From Myxococcota bacterium (GTDB lineage: Bacteria > Myxococcota_A > UBA796 > GCA-2862545), in assembly GCA_039208735.1 (NCBI GenBank), contig JBCCQY010000119.1, forward strand, positions 1-28,085: a stretch of DNA of 28,085 bases, in the 5' to 3' direction. The position numbers and the translations under genes are program-made. Shown here piece by piece: positions 1 through 7,491 of the stretch. The notes under the pieces are model-generated. The model was not told where the DNA came from. It saw nothing but the letters and a program-made list of their open reading frames with translations, and searched no databases. Every line of letters starts with the position of its first letter. Position 1 is the stretch's first letter.

Positions 1-364
1 CGCCGTAGGCCTGGGTGATCAGGGCCTCAGCGCCGTCGCTGGCCGGGCCGACCACCGCTGAGCCGGTGAAGAAGACCTGGTGCTCGTCGTCTTCTTCCTC
101 GATTTCTTCGGTGATGTCTTCATCTTCGAGGTCGTTGAAGAACGACACGTCGAGGGTGTAGTCCTCGGCATCCGACAGCGTGACATCGTCGATCATGACG
201 TCGCCGGTGTTGTCGGGGTCGGTTGCTTCGAACATGATGGCCGCGCCACCACTCGCGGGGGTGAACGCCAGCGTCAGGGTGGTGATGACCTCGTTCTCTT
301 CTCCGTCCATGGTGTCGCCGCAGGCGATCAGCGTAGCGGCCAGCAGGAAGGTACGCGCAATCAT
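1..364 (-). CDS. Acidic lipoprotein, partner of the TonB-dependent receptor (3' end runs off the window; absent from the ORF track)
   Basis: Manual translation from ATG at 364, preceded by AGGAGAGGAG: MIARTFLLAATLIAC-GDTMDGEENEVITTLTLAFTP...FFNDLEDEDITEEIEEEDDEHQVFFTG..., open to position 1. Lipobox LIAC. The E-ITT and EDITEEI-EE-DEHQ-FF motifs resemble lipoproteins encoded beside TBDRs in Bacteroidota. Starts 18 bp after the TBDR stop. Confidence 0.85.
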   Translation of the reverse strand, partial: MIARTFLLAATLIACGDTMDGEENEVITTLTLAFTPASGGAAIMFEATDPDNTGDVMIDDVTLSDAEDYTLDVSFFNDLEDEDITEEIEEEDDEHQVFFTGSAVVGPASDGAEALITQAYG

Positions 365-382
365 GACAGTCTCCTCTCCTCT

Positions 383-2857
383 CTAGAAACGAACGCCGAC
401 CCGAAGACGTAGATCACGTCCCGGAAAGTCGGCGTAATAACGAAGCAAACTCGCGTACTCGCGATAGCGAGTATTGAGCAAGTTGAACCCATCGACCGCC
501 AGCGTCATCACGCGGCGACCAAGGGGGAATTCGGTCTCAAGCGAGGCCGAAAGCAGGACGTAGCCAGGCGGTGGCGGCAGCAGGTCGGCCTCGAGGGGAG
601 GTCCATTTTGCCGCGCCACGCCATCGACGCTGACGGAAAGCTTAGGGCTGCCCACGGTCGGCGGGCGAACGTGCACGGTGGCTCGGCCTCGGTTCGCCGG
701 GATTCCGACAAGGAACTCGCCGGTATCGAGGTCGGTCGCCCGAACGAGGGCCCCCGAGAATTCAAAACCTACCGGGCTGCGAGGGCCGAACTCAAGGACG
801 CCGTCTGCGCCCACGAATGCAGCTGTGATCGGCGTGTACCGGTATTGTGGGATGCTGCCGACGAGCGTGTTGCGAATCGGGCGCTCACGGTCGGGTGCGA
901 AGTAGATGTACTGATTGACTCGGCTCGCAAAGCCCGAGACCTCTCCTTCGAACCATGGAACCTTCACCCCGAGCGTCGCCTGCGCTTGCAGCGTGGTCTC
1001 CACCCCGAAGTCGAGGTCGCCAATCGCCCAGACGGGGAACGTCGGTGCGGTGCCGATGAGGTACTGCTCGTCGGCACTGGGCACCCGGCTGGCGGAGGAA
1101 AGATCGACCTTGATGGCGAGTTGGTCGTCGAACCCCTGCCAAACCCCGCCAAGACTTGCAGAGGCCGCAGACCAAGAGTCGGGGCAGATCGTGCGGAAGT
1201 TTCCGTCTCGGCAGGTCTCCTCAATCCGCGCGTCATCGAGGCGCCCATCGGCCATTTGGCGCGCGAGATCCGGACCGTCGAACAGCGCCGTTCGCCGAAC
1301 GTGGTCGACCCTCGCGCCCGCTTCGAAGGCCCACTCCGGGCCGGGCTCGATGCGCTCGAACGCATACAGCCCCCCCTGCACGGTCCAGTAGTTGGGGAGC
1401 AGCGTGCTGCCATTGTAGAGGTTGGTCTGGGTCAGGCCCTGGATGCCAACCCCCCCCGTCAACGTTGACCCGCCCAGAAACACCGTGGGGTGCTTGGCGA
1501 CCAAGTCCAAGGAGTTGGTGAACAGGGAAAAATCGAATTCAGGTCCTTCGAACGCGAACTGAATGTTCTCGAATTCCTGTCGCCGGTTGTACTGGAAGGC
1601 ATAGATGCCTTCGAGGTTGAAGCCCCCGGCGGTGGTGTGTTGGACATGCACCGTGGCTCGGTCGTGCGTGACGTCCTGTTTCGGACGGTCAATGAAGAAC
1701 CGTTCGCTTGCATTCCACCTTGCGATTTCTTCGGGAAGCGGACCGATTCCAAAGACCTTGGCGGACGACCGGACCCCGTAGAACACGCCCGCCAGCAGCG
1801 AATAGTGCGAATAGCTGAACCGGACGCTGGTTTGGTCGGTGCCGTAGCGCATCATGGCGCCGACATTCCAGGTTGTGAGTGCCGTGTTGCCGAGAACGTA
1901 GTCCGGAGACCGGGGGCTGCCGGCACGTTTGAAGTTCCCTTCCACGCGAAATGCAAGCCGTTCTTCTTTCGCGGGAACCGCATCGACGCGCAGCGCGGCA
2001 TAGGCGGACGGCCCGTTCAAGGAACCCGTGACCAACGCCTTGCCTTCGACCCCGGGCGCTCCTCGCAAGGGAGGTGGGTTGACCAGCAGGACACCGCCAA
2101 TGGCATCGGGCCCGTAGCGCGCACCCGCCGCACCCTTGACCACCCGAATCGACCCCGCCGAAAACGGGTCGACCTCGGGCGCATGGTCGGGACCCCATTT
2201 CTGGGACTCGTGGCGAACCCCGTCATGCAGGATGAGGATGCGCCGCTCGGTTTGGCCCCGGATGATGGGTTTGCTGGTGGCCGCATTGCCTCGGCTCACC
2301 TCGACGCCAGGGACCGAAGCGACCACCTCGGCTGTGTCTTGGCCGGCGAGACGGTCGAGGTCTTCAGCGCGCAACGTAGTGCTCGCATGCGGGTCGCGTC
2401 GGTCTTCGTCCACGCCAACCACCACGATTTCCTGAAGCTCGGGCGGAGCGAAGTGGAACGTCACGACCGCGGTGCCCGCGACGGGAATTCCGCCTCGGGT
2501 GGCGGGCGAAAAGGAAAGCTCCTGGGCCGCTCGCGAGGCCTCTTTCCTGAAAATGTCGGGGCTTTCAAGGACGGTTACGTCGGTCACCCGCCCCTGCGTG
2601 TCGACCCCTACCTGCACCACGACGTCAGCATGCAGCCCCGACTCGATGGCCTCTTCGGGGTATCGCAGCGTTGCGCCGCCAAGTAGCTCGGGCGGCACGA
2701 CCGGGGCACGATCTTCGATCTGTAGTCCCCCCGACTCTGGCGCCTTCGCCCAGGCCGGTGCCGCCATCGTGGCAAGGACGACGGACGCCAGCCACGCAAT
2801 GCGACACCGAGAGGACCAAAGAGCCAAGAGTGTTCCATCAAGAGCGCTGTGGACCAT
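383..2857 (-). CDS. TonB-dependent outer-membrane receptor with an N-terminal TonB C-terminal-like domain
   Basis: Signal peptide ending APAWA. YPEEA...VVVQVGVDTQGRVTDVTV...FSPA TonB_C-like segment. Plug domain (SVPGV..SKPIIRG..RILILHDGVRHESQKWGPDHAPEVDP..IRVVKGA..YGPDAIGGV). Barrel ending NLLN..Y..PGRDLRLRVGVRF with terminal Phe. Start uncertain: the ORF track gives 2881; ATG 2857 or a later codon is more likely. Confidence 0.93.
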   Translation of the reverse strand: MVHSALDGTLLALWSSRCRIAWLASVVLATMAAPAWAKAPESGGLQIEDRAPVVPPELLGGATLRYPEEAIESGLHADVVVQVGVDTQGRVTDVTVLESPDIFRKEASRAAQELSFSPATRGGIPVAGTAVVTFHFAPPELQEIVVVGVDEDRRDPHASTTLRAEDLDRLAGQDTAEVVASVPGVEVSRGNAATSKPIIRGQTERRILILHDGVRHESQKWGPDHAPEVDPFSAGSIRVVKGAAGARYGPDAIGGVLLVNPPPLRGAPGVEGKALVTGSLNGPSAYAALRVDAVPAKEERLAFRVEGNFKRAGSPRSPDYVLGNTALTTWNVGAMMRYGTDQTSVRFSYSHYSLLAGVFYGVRSSAKVFGIGPLPEEIARWNASERFFIDRPKQDVTHDRATVHVQHTTAGGFNLEGIYAFQYNRRQEFENIQFAFEGPEFDFSLFTNSLDLVAKHPTVFLGGSTLTGGVGIQGLTQTNLYNGSTLLPNYWTVQGGLYAFERIEPGPEWAFEAGARVDHVRRTALFDGPDLARQMADGRLDDARIEETCRDGNFRTICPDSWSAASASLGGVWQGFDDQLAIKVDLSSASRVPSADEQYLIGTAPTFPVWAIGDLDFGVETTLQAQATLGVKVPWFEGEVSGFASRVNQYIYFAPDRERPIRNTLVGSIPQYRYTPITAAFVGADGVLEFGPRSPVGFEFSGALVRATDLDTGEFLVGIPANRGRATVHVRPPTVGSPKLSVSVDGVARQNGPPLEADLLPPPPGYVLLSASLETEFPLGRRVMTLAVDGFNLLNTRYREYASLLRYYADFPGRDLRLRVGVRF

Positions 2858-2894
2858 ATTGCATTCGAATCGCAATCGCAATTGAGATGCAATA
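2857..2894. promoter_or_regulatory. Tandem Zur/Fur-family-like operator boxes upstream of the TBDR
   Basis: AT-rich island. TGCATTcgaATCGCA (2860-2874) and CGCAATtgaGATGCA (2877-2891) both resemble TGCAAY-N3-RTTGCA. The block is framed by a perfect 8-bp inverted repeat, TATTGCAT (2857-2864) / ATGCAATA (2887-2894). Confidence 0.55.
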
Positions 2895-3067
2895 AGCTGG
2901 TGGATCGGGTGGTGGCTGGCCTTGACGCCCTCGAGGCTACGCGTGGAAGAGCCTGGGGGACGGGCCTGCCATCCCGGAGAAGACCTGAGCGGGGGAAGGG
3001 TCGACCTCGATGACTCGAGGGTTGGACCCCCAACCCGCCGCCCAGTGAACCAGGGGGATGACGAGCC

Positions 3068-3805
3068 ATGACCCTACCCACCGCGAAGACAGATCTGCCG
3101 TTTGTCACCACCGATCAGATGCGAGAAGTCGATCGCATCATGATCGAGGACCTTGGCATTACCTTGCTCCAAATGATGGAGAACGCGGGCCGGGGGCTCG
3201 CGCGTTTTGCCGCCACAAAAGTGCAGGGCCCGTCCCGCATCGCGGTCCTCGCAGGGTCCGGAGGGAACGGCGGGGGAGCTTTGGTCGCAGGGCGGCGCCT
3301 CGCGGGGTGGGGTCACCAGGTCGACGCGTTTGTGACCGGCCCGGCTGCGTCAGCGGGCCCGGCGGCACAGCACCAGCGTGCGATCCTCGAAGCGATGGGC
3401 GTACGCGTGACCGAAGGGAGGCCGCAGGAACGCTACGATCTCGTCCTGGACGGAGTCATTGGGTACTCTCTGCTCGGTGCTCCCCGCGGCGCCGCCGCCG
3501 ACCTGATTCGTTGGGCCAACGACCAGGATGCGCCGGTGGTCAGCCTCGATGTGCCAAGCGGGCTTGATGCAACGACGGGCGAAGCCCCCGGCCCGGTGGT
3601 TCGGGCGGTGGCCACGTGCACCCTTGCGCTTCCGAAAACGGGTCTTCGAGCACCAGAAGCGGCAGGGGCGGTGGGTGAGGTGATTCTGATGGACATTGCC
3701 GTTCCGTCCAGTGCCTACGCAGCCCCTTCGCTTGGCCTTTCGGTGGAGTCTCCCTTCGAAGCCTCAGACCTTGTCCGCATCGTCATTGCGGTTCCCGGAC
3801 GATAG
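3068..3805 (+). CDS. nnrE: Stand-alone NAD(P)H-hydrate epimerase (YjeF N-terminal domain)
   Basis: QMREVDR..LMENAG-type N-terminus (MMENAGRGLA), AGSGGNGGGALVAGRRL, DGVIGYSLLGAPR, SLDVPSGL, TLALPKTGL, DIAVP. No C-terminal dehydratase domain. Confidence 0.92.
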   Translation: MTLPTAKTDLPFVTTDQMREVDRIMIEDLGITLLQMMENAGRGLARFAATKVQGPSRIAVLAGSGGNGGGALVAGRRLAGWGHQVDAFVTGPAASAGPAAQHQRAILEAMGVRVTEGRPQERYDLVLDGVIGYSLLGAPRGAAADLIRWANDQDAPVVSLDVPSGLDATTGEAPGPVVRAVATCTLALPKTGLRAPEAAGAVGEVILMDIAVPSSAYAAPSLGLSVESPFEASDLVRIVIAVPGR

Positions 3806-3814
3806 GGCCCGGCC

Positions 3815-5407
3815 ATGAAACTCGATTGGACCTTCGACGACCGATTCGTCCGTGAAAACCCTGGTGATCCCGATGACTCGCGCGTGCCTCGCCCGGTGTT
3901 CAACGCCGCGTACTCGCGCATCGATCCCGAGCCCATCTCCAACCCGGAACGTCTGGCATGGGTGCCCAAGATGGCCGAGGCCGTTGGGCTCGACCCGAAT
4001 GTCGAGGCAACCTCGATCGCATCGGTGCTTACCGGCAATGTGCAACTCCCTACGATGAAGCCGTATGCGGCCTGCTACGGGGGACATCAGTTTGGCTCGT
4101 GGGCGGGCCAGCTCGGCGATGGGCGAGCCATCACCTTGGGGGAAGCCATTGGCCCAGATGGACAGCGACTTGAGGTGCAGCTGAAGGGAGCTGGACGCAC
4201 CCCATACTCGCGCGGAGCCGATGGCCGGGCCGTGTTGCGGTCCTCCATCCGGGAGTTCCTTTGCGCGGAAGCCATGCATCACCTTGGCATCCCGACCACG
4301 CGCTCTCTTGCGTTGTGCACCACGGGCGAGTCGGTGATGCGCGACATGTTCTACGACGGCCGCGCCGCGCCCGAGCCCGGGGCCATCGTGGCACGGGTGT
4401 CTCCGAGCTTCCTTCGGTTTGGGTCGTACCAGATCTTCGCTTCGCGAGATGACGTCAAGACGTTGACGACTTTGGTGCGGCACACCTTGCGGCACCACTT
4501 TCCCGACCTCGCCACGGCGTTGCCAAGCGAGGGGCCGATTCCCGAGCCCATTGTCTTGGCGTGGGCATCGGAAGTGGGACGGCGAAGCCAGGCCTTGGCA
4601 CTCCAGTGGCAGCGGGTGGGCTTTGTGCATGGAGTCTTGAACACCGACAACATGTCGGTCCTCGGCCTCACGATCGACTATGGGCCATACGGTTGGCTCG
4701 ACGTCTATGACCCAGACTTCACGCCCAATACAACGGATTTGCCGCACCGCCGGTATCGCTATGCTCAGCAACCCTTGGTGGTAATGTGGAATCTGGCGCG
4801 GTTTCTCGAGGCCACGGTACCCTTGTTCGACGATCCACAGCCGTTGCAGGGGGTGCTCGATGCCTATCGGGAGTCGATCGGTGATGCCTGGACGGCCATG
4901 ATGCGGTCGAAGTTGGGGCTGCAGACGGTTCAGGATGAAGATTCGTCCCTCATCGACGCTTGCCTCGAACTCATGGGGGCAGCCGAGACCGACTGGACGC
5001 TGTTCTTCCGAGGCCTCGCCGAGGTCTCGATGGCCGAAGGAGTGGATTCGCCGGACCGGATCGCGACGCTACGGCCAGCGTTCTACGCCGAGCCCGATGC
5101 GGAACTGGTGGGGCGTTGGAGCGCCTGGGTGGATCGGTATGCCGCACGGGTGCGAGCCGAGGGCGCACCCGCCGATCGAACCGCCAACATGAATCAGGTG
5201 AACCCTGCCTTCTTGTTGCGCAACCATCTCGTTCAAGTGGCGATCGACCGGGCCACCGAAGGCGATCTGAGCGAGGTCCATCGCTTGCAGGCCCTTCTGG
5301 CCGATCCCTACCGCGTCTCTCCCGATGCGACGCCCTCCGATCTGGGGCGTCAACCCACCTGGGCACGCGACAAACCAGGGTGTGGCATGTTGTCTTGCTC
5401 CAGCTGA
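3815..5407 (+). CDS. selO: Protein adenylyltransferase SelO (YdiU family)
   Basis: YGGHQFGSWAGQLGDGRAI, QLKGAGRTPYSRGADGRAVLRSSIREFLCAEAMHHLGIPTTRSL, GFVHGVLNTDNMS, IDYGPYG, NPAFLLRN, C-terminal GCGMLSCSS. Confidence 0.97.
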   Translation: MKLDWTFDDRFVRENPGDPDDSRVPRPVFNAAYSRIDPEPISNPERLAWVPKMAEAVGLDPNVEATSIASVLTGNVQLPTMKPYAACYGGHQFGSWAGQLGDGRAITLGEAIGPDGQRLEVQLKGAGRTPYSRGADGRAVLRSSIREFLCAEAMHHLGIPTTRSLALCTTGESVMRDMFYDGRAAPEPGAIVARVSPSFLRFGSYQIFASRDDVKTLTTLVRHTLRHHFPDLATALPSEGPIPEPIVLAWASEVGRRSQALALQWQRVGFVHGVLNTDNMSVLGLTIDYGPYGWLDVYDPDFTPNTTDLPHRRYRYAQQPLVVMWNLARFLEATVPLFDDPQPLQGVLDAYRESIGDAWTAMMRSKLGLQTVQDEDSSLIDACLELMGAAETDWTLFFRGLAEVSMAEGVDSPDRIATLRPAFYAEPDAELVGRWSAWVDRYAARVRAEGAPADRTANMNQVNPAFLLRNHLVQVAIDRATEGDLSEVHRLQALLADPYRVSPDATPSDLGRQPTWARDKPGCGMLSCSS

Positions 5408-5422
5408 TGCAGGAGGTCGCGC

Positions 5423-6496
5423 ATGCCGTGGGGATGGATGTTGGCCATCGGGCTTGGGTTCGCCCAAGAGGTCCCTGAGTCGTCGGAGCTATCGGTGGCG
5501 GTAAGCCCCTTCTCGCCCTTCGTACAGCTCGATGCGGGAGCGGCTCCAAAGGGCTTCTCCATCGATCTGTTCGAAGCGGTGGCCCGGGAAGAGGGCCTTC
5601 AGTTCCGGTACGTTCCGTACGCCAATGTCTCCGAGAAGCTCGCGGCGGTCGCATCAGGGCAGGCTGACCTCGCCATCGGAGGAATTTCGGTCACGCTGCA
5701 GCGCGAACGAGAGGTCGACTTCACCCTGCCCACGTTTCGCACCGGGCTTGACATTCTGGTGCGCAGTGAATCCGCTTCGGTGCTTTCTTGGGCCGTTCTG
5801 GAGCGGGTCTTGACCCCCGCTCGCATGGGGATCGTGTTGGGTTTCCTCCTCCTCATCGTGGTGAGTGGTCACCTCGTGTGGTGGGCGGAACGCGGCAAGG
5901 AAGCGTTCGATGATCGCTACGTTCCTGGGGTCTTTGAGGGCATGTACTGGGCGATTGTGACCGCCTCGACGGTCGGCTACGGCGACAAAGCGCCCGTCCG
6001 CTGGGCGGGTCGGCTCGTGGCAGCCTTGGTCATCATCGTGAGCCTGCCGATGTTTGCCGTCTTTACGGCCGAACTCACCAGCACCCTGACCGTGGCCAAC
6101 CTCGAAAGTGGCATTCAGAACGCCGACGACCTCCGGGGCCGTCGGGTTGGCGTGGTGAAAGGGACGACGGGGGAGCGGGCAACAATGGCGCTTGGGGCCG
6201 TCGTCGTGCCGTTTTCAGATGCAAGTGCGGCGAAGGCGGCCTTGGTCACGAACAAGGTGGAAGCGGTGGTCCACGACGCCCCCAATCTCGCTGAGTTGGC
6301 CACTCGTTTGGTCGATGACGACCAGGTCAACGTGCATTTGCTTGGTGATCTCTTTGAACCGCAACGGTATGGGATGGCGGTGCCCCAGGGGGGCGATCGG
6401 CGAGAAGTCCTCAACCGTGGCCTGTTGTCGGTCCAAGAGTCCGGTGAGTGGGAGGCGATCCGTCGACAGTGGTTCGAGGGCGATCTAGGTCGGTGA
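5423..6496 (+). CDS. GluR0-like ligand-gated potassium channel (split amino-acid-binding domain flanking a 2-TM K+ pore)
   Basis: AGGAGG RBS and signal peptide. SBP_bac_3-like S1 (PF..GFSIDL..ISVTLQREREVDFT), TM1, pore helix YWAIVTAS plus TVGYGD filter (5969-5986), TM2, S2 (DLRGRRVGVVKGTT..D..YGMAVPQG..LNRGL..WF). Confidence 0.9.
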   Translation: MPWGWMLAIGLGFAQEVPESSELSVAVSPFSPFVQLDAGAAPKGFSIDLFEAVAREEGLQFRYVPYANVSEKLAAVASGQADLAIGGISVTLQREREVDFTLPTFRTGLDILVRSESASVLSWAVLERVLTPARMGIVLGFLLLIVVSGHLVWWAERGKEAFDDRYVPGVFEGMYWAIVTASTVGYGDKAPVRWAGRLVAALVIIVSLPMFAVFTAELTSTLTVANLESGIQNADDLRGRRVGVVKGTTGERATMALGAVVVPFSDASAAKAALVTNKVEAVVHDAPNLAELATRLVDDDQVNVHLLGDLFEPQRYGMAVPQGGDRREVLNRGLLSVQESGEWEAIRRQWFEGDLGR

Positions 6497-6551
6497 TTGC
6501 ATGTGGGCTCATGTCGGCTATCATGGCCGGGATCAGAGTTGGAGCAGCTCC

Positions 6552-7475
6552 ATGCGTCGATGGATCAGTCTCGCCCTTCTCGGCCTCATCTCGTGCGACC
6601 CGGCCGAACCCCGCGAATGCAAAGAAGAAGAAGAAGTCTTCGTCTTCGTCGATAGCGATGAAGACGGTTGGGGCTCGGAGCCCATTGGTTACCGATGCGA
6701 TGTTTCACCCGGCGAAGCCCTCAATTCGTTGGACTGTGATGACACCCGCGCGGACGTCAATCCCGATGCCGAAGACGTTTGCGATGAGACCGACAACAAC
6801 TGCGACGGTCGTATCGATGAAGGCACGCTGAACCGCGCCTACTTCGCCGACTTGGACGGTGACGGATTCGGCGATGCCGAAAACGAGATCGTCACCTGCC
6901 TTGACCCGCCCGCCGACTACGTCAGCAATCCAAACGATTGTGATGACGAAAGCGACGAGCGGTTTCCCGGCAACCCTGAGATTTGCAACAACGGTATTGA
7001 CGAAGATTGCTCGGGCATCGCAGACGACATCATCGAAATCTGCACCGACAGCATCGACAATGACTGTGATGGCTTTCAGGACTGCGCCGATGTCGACTGC
7101 AGCCCCACGCCGTTCTGCTGCTCCGATGTGGCTTTGGCTTCCGTGGTACCGACGTCGTATTTCGGCACGACCTTCGGCCAGGGCGATGACCGCGATCCGG
7201 GCTGCAGCTTCAGCTTCGCGACCGATGTGGCCCACCGGTTCGTCGCGCCCGAGACGGGAACCTACGTCTTCGACACCTTCGGCTCGTCGTTCGATACGGT
7301 GCTTGCGCTCTACGATACCTGCAATGGGGCGTCGATTGCTTGCAACGACGATGCAGGGGGCGGTTCGCAGTCCGAGTTGACCCTCTCCATGACGGCGGGT
7401 GAAGTCATCCTCATCTCGGTCGATGGCATCTTCTCGTCCTCGGGCAACTACACGCTCAACGTCGACCGGCAGTAG
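6552..7475 (+). CDS. Lipoprotein with Cys/Asp-rich 'putative metal-binding motif' (DCDD/DNNCDG) repeats and a C-terminal PPC-like beta domain
   Basis: GGAG at 6541 then ATG 6552; MRRWISLALLGLISC lipobox. Repeats D-D-DG[WF]G..C..DCDD....P...E/DxC...D-[DN]C[DS]G. C-terminal GTYVFDTFGSSFDTVLALY..C..IACNDD..G.YTLNV. Confidence 0.85.
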   Translation: MRRWISLALLGLISCDPAEPRECKEEEEVFVFVDSDEDGWGSEPIGYRCDVSPGEALNSLDCDDTRADVNPDAEDVCDETDNNCDGRIDEGTLNRAYFADLDGDGFGDAENEIVTCLDPPADYVSNPNDCDDESDERFPGNPEICNNGIDEDCSGIADDIIEICTDSIDNDCDGFQDCADVDCSPTPFCCSDVALASVVPTSYFGTTFGQGDDRDPGCSFSFATDVAHRFVAPETGTYVFDTFGSSFDTVLALYDTCNGASIACNDDAGGGSQSELTLSMTAGEVILISVDGIFSSSGNYTLNVDRQ

Positions 7476-7491
7476 TCGCCCGAAAGGGTTC

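Noticed and set aside
80..412. + strand 110-aa ORF in the track
   Set aside because: It is the antisense shadow of the - strand lipoprotein starting at 364, which has an RBS and a lipobox.
1490..2686. Long antisense ORFs (also 3764-4771, 12804-13901, 18056-18997, 20802-21890, 22864-24006, 26918-28051)
   Set aside because: They lie opposite genes with clear motifs, show no recognisable domains and are the expected shadow ORFs of high-GC codon bias.
2940..3000. AGAAGACCTG resembling a cobalamin riboswitch 3' element near a TBDR
   Set aside because: It is on the wrong strand for the TBDR, and the other core elements (GCCACTG, GGGAA in the right order) are missing.
5390..5430. The selO TGA stop is in frame with the downstream channel gene (SCSS-TGA-CRRSR-MPWG), suggesting selenocysteine readthrough or a fusion
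   Set aside because: The Sec-equivalent position is already Cys (TGC in SCSS), which is the normal SelO C-terminus. The channel has its own AGGAGG RBS and signal peptide. I see no convincing bacterial SECIS, and in-frame adjacency occurs one time in three by chance.
7476..7491. GCCC-GAAA-GGGT mini-hairpin between convergent genes as a terminator
   Set aside because: The stem is only 3-4 bp with no U-tract, too weak to call.
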